From the NCBI RefSeq assembly GCF_039654945.1, contig NW_027361754.1, forward strand, positions 1,550,001 to 1,614,000: 64,000 nucleotides of DNA, read 5' to 3'. The position numbers were made by a program, and so were the translations under genes. Every line of letters starts with the position of its first letter. Position 1 is the stretch's first letter. Shown piece by piece: positions 38,950 to 49,802 of this stretch. Source of the stretch: Dendrobates tinctorius (lineage: Eukaryota). Under the pieces are notes generated by a model that searched no databases, was not told where the DNA came from, and saw only the letters and a list, made by a program, of their open reading frames with translations.

Positions 38950-40770
38950 ATGACGACCTGTGCCCCCCTTATCGCGCTGTATGATACCCTGCACCACCCC
39001 TATTGCACCGTATGACACTGCGCCCCCCTTATCGCACTGACACCCTCTGCGCCCCCTTTATCTCGCTGACACCCTCTGCGCCCCCTTTATCTCACTGACA
39101 CCCTCTGCGCCCCCCTTATCGCGCCGTATGACACCCTATGCGCCTCTTATCGCACTGACACCCTCTGCGCGCCCCTTAATGCGCTTACACTCTCTGGGCC
39201 CCTCTTATGCCGTATGACACTGCGCCCCCCTTATCGCACTGACACCCTCTGTACCCCCCTTATCGCACTGACACCCTCTGTACCCCCCTTATCGCACTGA
39301 CACCCTCTGTACCTCCCTTATCCCGCTGACACGCTCTGCGCCCCCCTTATAGCGACGTATAACACCCTCTGCGCCCCCCCTTATCGCGCTGACACCCTCT
39401 GGGCCCCTCTTGTCGTGCCGTATGACACCCTCTGCGCCCCCCTTATCGCGCCGTATAACACCCTCTGCGCCCCCCCTTATCGAGCTTACACTCTCTGTGC
39501 CCCTCTTATCGGGCCGTATGACACTGTGCCCCCCTTATCGCACTGACACCCTCTGCGCCCCCTTATCACTCCGTATGACACCCTCTGCGCCCCCCTTATC
39601 GCACTGACACCCTCTGCACGCCCCTTAACGCGCTTACACTCTCTGGGCCCCTCTTATGCCGTATGACACTGCACACCCCCTTATCACGCTGACACCCTCT
39701 GCGCCCCCCCTTATCGCCCTGACACCCTCTGCGCCCCCCCTTATCGCCCTGACACCCTCTGCGCCCCCCCTTATCGCCCTGACACCCTCTGCGCCCCCCC
39801 TTATCGCCCTGACACCCTCTGCGCCCCCCCTTATCGCGCTGACACCCTCTGGGCCCCTCTTGTCGTGCCGTATGACACCCTCTGCGCCCCCCTTATCGCG
39901 CTTACACTCTCTGGGCCCCTCTTATCGTGCCGTATGACACTGCGCCCCCCTTATCGCACTGACACCCTCTGCGCCCCCTTATCACTCCATATGACACCCT
40001 CTGCGCCCCCCTTATCGCACTGACACCCTCTGCACGCCCCTTAACGCGCTTACACTCTCTGGGCCCCTCTTATGCCATATGACACTGCACCCCCCCCTTA
40101 TCGCGCTGACACCCTCTGCACCCCCCCTTATTGCCCTGACACCCTCTGCGCCCCCCCTTATCGCACTGACACCCGTCTGCGCCCCCCCTTATCGCGCTGA
40201 CACCCTCTGGGCCCCTCTTGTCGTGCCGTATGACACCCTCTGCGCCCCCCTTATCGCGCTTACACTCTCTGGGCCCCTCTTATCGTGCCGTATGACACTG
40301 CGCCCCACTTGTCGCACTGACACCCTCTGCGCCCCCTTATCACTCCGTATGACACCCTCTGCGCGCCCCCTTATCGCACTGACACCCTCTGCGCGCCCCC
40401 TTATCGCACTGACACCCTCTGCGCCCCCCCTTATCGCACTGACTCCCTCTGCGCCCCCCCTTATCGCGCTGACACCCTCTGGTCCCCCCTTATCGCGCTG
40501 ACACCCTCTGGTCCCCCCTTATCGCGCTGACACCCTCTGGGCCCCCCTTATCGCGCTGACACCCTCTGGGCCCCCCTTATCGCGCTGACACCCTCTGGGC
40601 CCCTCTTGTCGCGCCGTATGACACCCTCTGCGCCCCCCCCTTATCTCGCTGACACCCTCTGCGCCCCCTTAGCGCACTGTATGACACCCTCTGCGCCCCC
40701 TTAGCGTGCCGTATGACACCCTCTGTGCCCCCCCCTATCGTGCTGACACTCTTTGCACCCCCCCCCCCCA
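38950..40770. repeat. ~30-bp GC-skewed minisatellite (TGACACCCTCTGCGCCCCCCTTATCGCRC)n in the presumed first intron of the THAP gene
   Basis: Dozens of degenerate tandem units with higher-order duplication; C-rich + strand. Confidence 0.92.
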
Positions 40771-40826
40771 GCTGCTGAGGCTGTGATGCTTTTCGCAGAT
40801 TGACATGTGTTTTCTTTAGAAGCGAG

Positions 40827-43800
40827 ATGACAGTGTGCGCCATGTTCGGGTGCAAGAATCGCAGGCACAAGGGATGCGGCAAGCACTTCTTCAGGTAATC
40901 CAGGTTGGGGGTTTCTCTCATTTTGTGGAACAGAACATGGAGCGCAGCATTCCTGTAGTATTAAGTCCCACAGCTCTGGGACTGCATTCCTCCTCATTCT
41001 CAGGATCTCTGCTCTTATTGCTAACAGCCTGTTCTGCTCACAGCTGCGGGTTTGCTCCTGCGTGTATCTTTTGTATCTGTCCCTGTGATCAGATCCCTTT
41101 GCCGTGGATCGCACTTTGCCATTTTAGTTGTACACTTTGTCTTGTGATTGTCCATGAAGCCCTGGACTGTCTGGGGCCATCGAATGCAGCGAGCGCTCTG
41201 TGACATTTGGGCCCCCCCAGCTCCATTCTCCATAATATCATGGATTGCTGGGCATTGTGGTTTTGCAGCAGCTATAAAGCTGTGGTTCAGGACGACTGCT
41301 AGGAGGAAGTTGGGGGTCTATGAGTGTTTCAATCCACTGACCACAAGCAGAGATAATGCAATTGGTAGAAACAACCATTTGTTGAGTAATAAATCTGTGA
41401 CTTCTTATCTGCAGGTTTCCCATGAAAGATCCGGAACGTCTCATAAAGTGGATTGAAGCCACCCAGAGAGATAACTGGAAACCGTCCATTCACAGCAAGG
41501 TCTGCAGCGACCACTTCACGGAAAAAGACTACATGATCCGTCCGGGGGCGGCCTTTCCTTACCTGCGCATTGACGCAGTGCCCACTCCCCTCCATCCTGA
41601 CCAACGGAAGAAGAAGACTAAAAAGAGGAATTATACTAAGAAAGTAGCAAGCGAAACTGCCGAACCCATGGAAATAAAGACTGAGGATGTGGAACAGGAG
41701 ATCTCCAGCGAGTATGGCTGCAGCTACAGAAAGGAGATTGGAACACAGACAGCTGCGCAAGTGGAGAAAACACAGAAGGTGGTGGAAGCGAGGGTGATAA
41801 AGAGTGAGGATGAATCGCAGGACGAGGAGCAAGTGGTGGTAGAAATGCAGGGCGAGGAGCATGGGGTGGTGGAAACGCAGGGTGAGGAGCATGGGGTGGT
41901 GGAAACGCAGGGTGAGGAGCATGGGGTGGTGGAAACGCAGGGTGAGGAGCATGGGGTAGTGGAAATGCAGGGCGAGGAGTATGGGGTAGTGGAAATGCAG
42001 GGCGAGGAGTATGGGGTAGTGGAAATGCAGGGCGAGGAGCACGGGGAGTTGGAAATGCAGGGTGAGGAGCACGGGGAGTTGGAAATGCAGGGCGAGGAGC
42101 ACAGGGCAATGGAAATGCAGGGCGAGGAGCACGGGGCAATGGAAATGCAGGGCGAGGAGCACGGGGCAATGGAAATGCATGGCGAGGAGCACGGGGCAAT
42201 GGAAATGCAGGGCGAGGAGCACGGGGCAATGGAAATGCAGGGCGAGGAGCACGGGGCAATGGAAATGCAGGGCGAGGAGCACGGGGCAATGGAAATGCAG
42301 GGCGAGGAGCACGGGGCAATGGAAATGCAGGGCGAGGAGCACGGGGCAATGGAAATGCAGGGCGAGGAGCACAGGGCAATGGAAATGCAGGGCGAGGAGC
42401 ACGGGGCAATGGAAATGCAGGGCGAGGAGCACGGGGCAGTGAAAGCGCAGGGCGAGGAGCACGGGGCGGCAGAAGTGCAGGGCGAGGAGCACGGGGCGGC
42501 AGAAGTGCAGGGTAAGGAGCACGGGGCGGCAGAAGTGCAGGGTAAGGAGCACGGGGCGGCAGAAGTGCAGGGTAAGGAGCACGGGGCGGCAGAAGTGCAG
42601 GGTAAGGAGCACGGGGCGGCAGAAGTGCAGGGTAAGGAGCACGGGGCGGCAGAAGTGCAGGGTAAGGAGCACGGGGCGGCAGAAGTGCAGGGTAAGGAGC
42701 ACGGGGCGGCAGAAGTGCAGGGTAAGGAGCACGGGGCGGCAGAAGTGCAGGGTAAGGAGCACGGGGCGGCAGAAGTGCAGGGTAAGGAGCACGGGGCGGC
42801 AGAAGTGCAGGGTAAGGAGCACGGGGCGGCAGAAGTGCAGGGTAAGGAGCACGGGGCGGCAGAAGTGCAGGGTAAGGAGCACGGGGCAGCGGAAAGAAAG
42901 GAGTGGCCTGTGGAAGCACAGGGCGTGGAGCACAGGGCTGCTGAAGTACAGGGTGAGGAGCAAAGGGCGGCAGAAGCACAGGAAAAGGAGCAAGAGGTGG
43001 CAGAAATGCAGGGTGAGAAGCATAGTGTGGCGGAAGCACAGGGTGAGGAGCACGGGGCAGTGGAAGTGCAGGGTGAGGAGCACAGGGCGGCTGAAGCCCA
43101 GGATGAGGAGCACGGGGCGGCGGAAGCACAGCAAGTGGAAGTGCAAGATGATAAGCAGTTGGTGGATTCGCAGCATGGGAAACAGATGGTAAAAGCACAG
43201 GGTAAGCAGCCAGTGGAGTCTCAGGCCATGGAGGTGCAGGGTGAGGAGGAAACAGAAGGTGACATGCATATGGGCAAAGCTCAGAGAAAGCAGAATATGG
43301 ATGTGCATACACAGGGCAAGAAGAAGGTGACAGAAGAGCAGGAAGGGAAGCGTGCAGGGGAAACACAAAATAAAAGGCATAAGGAGGAAATACAGGACAA
43401 GGAGCAGGCGCTGGTATCACCAGAGGAGGTGAGTGTGGAGGGTACAGAGTGTGAGATGCTGGATGTAATAGGGCAGGGAGAGAAAATGAACGTGGGATGG
43501 CAGGCTGAGGGTCCAGCAGTGGGAGAGCAGGCTGAGGGTCCGGCATTGGGAGGGCAGGCTGAGGATCCGGCTGTAGAATCTCGGGATGCAAATATGGAGT
43601 CACCATCTCTAAATGATCAACTGGATGTGGCAGAGCGGCCAACGGAGTGCAAGTGGGCGACAACTAAACAGCCCGCTCGTAAGCCAACAGTGAATGGACA
43701 GGGCAGGAACCGGAGGGCAGGTGCACTGACGGGGAGTTGTCTACCTGACCTGACCATTGTAGTGAACCAGACTGTCAGGAACTTTCCATCCAGACCTCCC

Positions 43801-44751
43801 TGTGAGAATGCAGCTGATTACATTCCCGTTGACCACTCATACTACACTGCATTTGGCGACAAGGAAAACGAGGTTCCTGCCCCCGTCACTGACCCAAAAG
43901 TTGTGAAATTGAGAAAAAAGATCAAAACATTACAAAAGCAAGTCCTGCGCCAGGGCGTCAAGATCAAGAGCCTGAAAAAGTCGCTAGTTAATTTACAGAA
44001 AAACAACATGATGGAGATAGATCCGGAGCAAGTGGTCGCTGAGCACTGCAGCGGCCTCACTCAGGTTCTGTTCACACAACAGCTGAAGAACGGCTGCCGG
44101 CGGCACAGTGTCACCCAGTACTGCAGCCTCATGAAGGAGTTCGCTTTAAACCTGTACTGCGCATCCCCAAAGGCTTACAAATTCTGCAGACTTTTTCTGT
44201 GCCTTCCGCACCCCGTATCTTTGAGAAACTGGAAAGCAGCCATTGAGGGAAACATGGGACCCTCATCTGATGGTTCTGCCCCTGATAATCCTACATTGGG
44301 GGCATTATTTGTAGGGAATGAACATTTACAGGATAGTCCTATTCAAGAAGTAGCTTTGCAGGGACAATCAATTGAAGAGAGACATTTGCCAGAGACCCCC
44401 ATAGAGATGGCACATTTGCCAGTGATGCCAATGCAAGAAGGACATTTTTCTATCATTCCAGGTCTGGAAGGACACTTGTCTGTGGTTCCAGTGCCGGAGG
44501 GACACTTGTCTGTGGTTCCAGTGCCGGAGGGACACTTGTCTGTGGTTCCAGTGCCGGAGGGACACTTGTCTGTGGTTCCAGTGCCGGAGGGACACTTGTC
44601 TGTGGTTCCAGTGCCGGAGGGACACTTGTCTGTGGTTCCAGTGCCGGAGGGACACTTGTCTGTGGTTCCAGTGCAAAATGGAGATTTCTCTGTGATTCCA
44701 GTGCACAAGGGACATTTGCAGCAATCATCTGTGCAGGAGGAACTGCAGTAA
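40827..44751 (+). CDS. THAP-domain protein (~1134 aa; exons 40827-40894 and 41415-44751), THAP9/P-element-transposase-derived, lacking the catalytic domain
   Basis: Spliced N-terminus MTVCAMFGCKNRRHKGCGKHFFR|FPMKDPERLIKWIEATQRDNWKPSIHSKVCSDHF...LRIDAVPT (C2CH, conserved P/W/F, AVPT box). GT-AG phase-2 intron. DHSY motif, coiled coil, and YCSLMKEFALNLYCASPKAYKFCRLFLCLPHPVSLRNW. Uninterrupted 3.3-kb frame. Confidence 0.9.
41842..42890 (+). repeat. Coding 30-bp tandem repeat (~35 units; QGEEHGVVET > QGEEHGAMEM > QGKEHGAAEV)
   Basis: Exact 30-nt periodicity that preserves the frame. Variants are arranged in homogeneous blocks. Confidence 0.95.
44467..44672 (+). repeat. Coding 30-bp tandem repeat (EGHLSVVPVP) x ~7
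   Basis: GTGCCGGAGGGACACTTGTCTGTGGTTCCA repeated identically. Confidence 0.95.
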
Positions 44752-46188
44752 TCAATGCAAGACTTAATGGTGGCTCCATAAATTGTACCTGTGCCGACTT
44801 CTATAAAGTTTGTTCTATAAAAGCAACTTTACTGCAAAAAAATCAGTTCAGTGTTGTCATAGTGGTAGGTTAAGATCTCATCATTGACAGGAATAAGGAT
44901 GTGAAACCAAACAATGTCCTATCGGCAGTACTGGACTGTCAAATCGTGACCTGAAAAGTTGTGAATGAGAAAGAACAGGATTTCTCCAGTAATATGCAAT
45001 GGTGTGTGCAGTTCTGCAGTGGTAATCCAAATGATCTGCACACCGTCACTGCTGTCTACCCTTCCTGTAATAATTACCTGATATAGGGTTTTGCTCCGGT
45101 CCAGGGGTCCTGGTTCTGTAGCTTCATCTTTGGTCCTAGCTGCTGATTCCAGAGACGTTGCATTACCCTCTGCACAGCTGTATTCCTGCACATGTGAGAG
45201 CCAGAGCAACCGCTGGGGGGGAGCTCGTTGTGCTGCGCTGTCTTCGTAACTCCCATTAATTATATCTCAATTCCATGTACCGTGCTCCTTCCCTAATGGT
45301 CGGAGCCCGGCCTAAGATATTCCTTTAATGGCCATTTAACACTTAATGCACTTAACACGTCTGATGCTGGTGTATGGAATGGGCTCAAGAGAAGCCATTT
45401 AACCTTTTGAATGCCAGTGTCCATCACCCACTACTTAAGTATGCTGATGGATCCACAACCGCTATGGCAACCCATCTAAGGCCGCACCCAGCATCCCTGT
45501 TCTCCCATGTAGACCAAGCAGAGGAGCAGCTCAAGTTCTATATGGTCATTTTTACCTTTTTAAGTCCAGGTGGGTGTTATCTTATAGATTTCACAGAATT
45601 GCATTTTTTTTCAACTTTTCTCTGTGAAATTTTTTTTAAAAAATTTTCCTTTATTTTATCTACATTTTTTTCAGTACCGTGATGGTAAAATTAATGGTGA
45701 TATTCAAAACTACAACTTTTGTGACCACAAACAATCCCTTAAACGCTGTGTAGGCAAAACAATAAAATGCTTAAGGCTCTTGAAAGAAGAGAATAGACAG
45801 CGAAAAAATGTCCGGTTGCTAATCATTAAAAAAAAAAATATGGCTGGAAAATAGAAAATGTCAAAATCCAGAATAAACTGTATCTTGGTTACCAGCTTTC
45901 TGCACCAGCGCGCTGGCTTCTAACATACACAGCGAGTAACTAAGCAACGTGCGCGCTTGTTACCCGCGTCGTCGCTGTCCTGATCGCTGCTGAGATCTGC
46001 CTGTTTGACAGCTCACCAGCGATCATGTAGCGACACATCAGCGATCCTGACAAGGTAATATTGTCGGAATCGCTGGTGCGTCGCTATGTGTGACTGGGCC
46101 CTTACACTGTGGCTGATGACCTCCAGCCGTGGCTCCTTCAGAAGCAGGACATTGACAAGGGACTATCCAGAGATAAGATGCTGGGTTA

Positions 46189-46739
46189 AGGCCCCGTCAC
46201 ACACAGCGAGATCGCTGATTTTGTGACGCCACAGCGATCTCGCCAGCGACATCGCTGTGTGTGACACACATCAGCGACTGGGCCCCCCGCCGGGTATCGC
46301 TGATCGTGCAGGATCGTCCTGGGCCATTTTTTAATCGTTGCTCTCCCGGTGGCCAGCGCGCATCGCTGCGTGTGGCAGCGGGAGCCAACGATCAGCGAGG
46401 CTCCCAGCGCTCTAAGCAGGTGCTGGGAGCTGGTATCTAAGAAAAATATCGGGTTACTAAGCGGCGGGCGTCACTTTGTTACCCGATGTGTACCTTAGAA
46501 ACCTGCGTGCTCGCAGCTCCCGGCGCGAGCACAAAGGTTTCTAAGGTACACATCGGGTAACTAAGTGACACGCGCTGCTTAGTAACCCGATATTTACCTT
46601 AGATACCAGCGTCCTCGCTGGTGCTGATTGCTGGTGAAGCTGCCTGTTTGGCAGCTCACCAGCGATCATGTAGCGATGCACCTGACAAGGTCGTATCGTT
46701 GTCGGGATCGCTGGTGCATCTTTAAGTGTAACGGTACCC
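46189..46739. mobile_element. Harbinger-type MITE (same family as 1066-5608); a partial copy lies at ~45880-46103
   Basis: (tta)AGGCCCCGTCACAC...GTGTAACGGTACCC(tta) and internal inverted repeats. Confidence 0.75.
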
Positions 46740-47392
46740 TTACTTTACGCAGGTGGCTTTAGTGGCAGATTTTCTGTTTGACTCGGTTGAGCAGTCTAGG
46801 CTATCCGCCCGTGCCATGGTGCTATCTACTACAGGCAAAAGGGCTCTGGCTAAAACAATGAGGGGTGGATGTACTCTCTAGAAGTGCCTTCTGTTCCATG
46901 GAATTTGAGCTAGGGCATCTCTTTGGGGCTCAGGTGGACGCATTAATGGAGAATCTAATAAGGAAGGAAAGACCCTTCCAGTCGGATAAAGATGAAGTTC
47001 TTTATTTTGAGACCAAGACTGAAGCAGAGTCGGCAGGACTCGGAGGAGAGGGCCTCCTCGAGTGGAGGTAGAGCCTCGAACAGTCTCTGGTAGGCGTCAA
47101 GAGAACTTTTCAGACCTTCCTCCTCTTCCAATGAGGTTGGATTTCTGACACCAAGGACCTGCCAGTGGGGGGTATGTTTTTTTTTTTTTTTTTTTTCCAC
47201 CAGTGGCAGAGCCTAGTAAGAGACCTCTGGGTCCTAGATATCAGATATCATAAGAGGTGGTTTCCATAGAGAGTTTCTTACACCCCCTGAAAGATTCGCT
47301 ACTACGCCAGGAATGCACAGAATGAAGTGGCTTTTAGAAACATCTATAATCTTATCAATATGCGGATCCTAGTTCCAAAGCCATTCAACAGA

Positions 47393-49035
47393 TAGTCATA
47401 TGTTAAAGTTTGGGCACCCCTATTAATGTTAACCTTTTTTCTTTATAACAATTTTGTTTTTTGCAACATTTCAGTTTCATATATCTAATAACTGATGGAG
47501 TCAGTTATATTTCTGGATTCAAATGAGGTTTATTGTACTAACAGAAAATGTGCAATCTGCATTTAAACAAAATTTGACCGGTGCAAAAGTATGGGCACCC
47601 TTATCATTTTCTTGATTTGAACACTCCTAACTACTTTTTGCTGACTTCCTGAACCACTAAATTGGTTTTGTAACCTCATTGAGCTTTGAACTTCATAGCC
47701 AGGTGTATCAAATCATGAGAAAAGGTATTTAAGGTGGCCACTTGCAAGTAGTTCTCCTATTTGATTCTCCTATGAAGAGTGGCATCATGGGCTCCTCAAA
47801 ACAACTCTCAAATGATCTGAAAACAAAGATTATTCAACATAGCTTTTCAGGGGAAGGATACAAAAAGTTGTCTCAGAGATTTAACCTGTCAGTTTCCACT
47901 GTGAGGAACATAGTAAGGAAATGGAAGAACACAGGTACAGTTCTTGTTAAGTCCAGAAGTGGCAGGCCAAGAAAAATATCAGAAAGGCAGAGAAGAAGAA
48001 TGGTGAGAGCAGTCAAGGACAATCCACAGACCACCTCCAAAGACCTGCAGCATCATCTTGCTGCAGATGGTGTCACTGTGCATCGGTCAACAATACAGCG
48101 CACTTTGCACAAGGAGAAGCTGTATGGGAGAGTGATGTGAAAGAAGCCGTTTCTGCAAGCACGCCACAAACAGAGTCGCCTGAGGTATGCAAAAGCACAT
48201 TTGGACAAGCCAGTTACATTTTGGAAGAAGGTCCTGTGGACTGATGAAACAAAGATTGAGTTGTTTGGTCATACAAAAAGGCGTTATGCATGGAGGCTAA
48301 AAAACACAGCATTCCAAGAAAAACACTTGCTACCCACAGAAAAATTTGGTGGAGGTTCCATCATGCTTTGGGGCTGTGTGGCCAATGCCGGCACCGGGAA
48401 TCTTGTTAAAGTTGAGGGTCGCATGGATTCAACTCAGTATCAGCAGATTCTTGAAAATAATGTGCAAGAAAAAGTGAAGAAGTTGAAGTTACGCAGGGGA
48501 TGGATATTTCAGGAAGACAATGATCCAAAACACCGCTCCAAATCTACTCAGGCATTCATGCAGAGGAACAACTACAATGTTCTGGAATGGCCATCCCAGT
48601 CCCAAGACCTGAATATCATTGAACATCTGTGGGATGATTTGAAGCGGGCTGTCCATGCTCGGCGACCATCAAACTTAACTGAACTGGAATTGTTTTGTAA
48701 ACAGGAATGGTCACAAATACCTTCATCCAGGATCCAGGAACTCATTAATAGCTACAGGAAGCGACTAGAGGCTGTTATTTTTGCAAAAGGAGGATCTACG
48801 AAATATTAATGTCACTTTTATGTTGAGGTGCCCATACTTTTGCACCGGTCAAATTATGTTTAAATGCAGATTGCACATTTTCTGTTAGTACAATAAACCT
48901 CATTTGAATCCAGAAATCACTGAGTCCATCAATTATTAGATATATGAAACTGAAATAGCTGTTGCAAAAACCAAAATTGTTATAAAGAAAAAAGGTTAAC
49001 ATTAATAGGGGTGCCCAAACTTTAACATATGACTG
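47393..49035 (+). mobile_element. Full-length Tc1 transposon with long (~210 bp) IR/DR-type TIRs
   Basis: AGTCATATGTTAAAGTTTGGGCACCCCT at both ends in inverted orientation, inner repeat AAAAGTATGGGCACC, and right-hand TA. Confidence 0.92.
47787..48809 (+). pseudogene. Tc1 DD34E transposase (340 codons) with one in-frame nonsense codon at 48138-48140
   Basis: ORFs 47742-48140 and 48201-48809 are in the same frame. GRPRK, WTDETK and FQEDNDPKH...34 aa...E. Confidence 0.92.
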
Positions 49036-49109
49036 TAAATGACTATTATAGATCTTCGGTTTCTGAACTGGTTTCTGATGAAAAGAAAGTTTGGTATGAA
49101 ATCGGGTGA

Positions 49110-49370
49110 GCTCCGTGGTTGGCGCTGTGCGGTGGCTCCGTGGTCGGCGCTGTGCGGTGGCTCCGTGGTCGGCTCTGTACGGTGGCTCCGTGATCGGCGT
49201 TGTACGGTGGCTCCGTGTTCGGCTCTGTACGGTGGCTCCGTGGTCTGCTCTGTACGGTGGCTCCGTGGTCTGCTCTGTACGGTGGCTCCGTGGTCGGCTC
49301 TGTACGGTGGCTCCGTGGTCGGCTCTGTACGGTGGCTCCGTGGTCGGCTCTGTACGGTGGCTCCGTGGTC
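49110..49370 (+). repeat. 25-bp minisatellite (GGTGGCTCCGTGGTCGGCTCTGTAC)n fused to a SINE body (49369-49540)
   Basis: About 10 units, immediately followed by AACATCTGCAAGGAGTTTG... and the SINE tail. Confidence 0.85.
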
Positions 49371-49802
49371 AACATCTGCAAGGAGTTTGTATTTTCTCCC
49401 CGTGTTTGTGTGGGTTTCCTCCTTGTAATCCAGTGTCCTCACATTCTCTAAAGACTGATATGGAACTTAGATTGTGAGCCCAATAGGGAGAGTGCCGATA
49501 ATGTGTGTAAAGTGCTGTGGAATTAATGGCGCTATGTAATAGCTCGATTATGCCCTTTTAGAACAAAGGGATTATCAAGACCCCATCACACATCTGCCTA
49601 TTCCCATCTTTCCATGCAGTCATCAAAGAGAAGGGAGAAGATACGGATTAGATATTACAAAAAGCTTTTTGACAATGAGGAAGATTAATGAGTGGAACAG
49701 GCGACCACGAGAGGTGGCGAGTTCTCCTTCAGTGGAAGTCTTCACACAGAGGCTGGACAGACATCTGTCTGAGATGATACAACAGCTAGCCTTATATGTA
49801 TA

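Larger units (their letters stand above)
46745..49105 (+). mobile_element. Old degenerate DIRS remnant (gag end / RT start) split by the Tc1 at 47393-49035
   Basis: GHLFGAQVDALME resembles gag GEYLFGPVLDEL. After the Tc1, TIIDLRFLNWFLMKRKFGMKS resembles RT TIINLKSLNKFLIIRPFKMET of the DIRS at 25812-27710. Confidence 0.55.

Noticed and set aside
41329-43663. 683-aa and 675-aa - strand ORFs
   Set aside because: Antisense shadows of the 30-bp coding repeat of the THAP gene, with no domain content.
41422-44751. 1109-aa ORF taken as the complete protein starting MKDPERL
   Set aside because: It lacks the first two THAP cysteines. A canonical upstream exon (40827-40894) restores them in frame.
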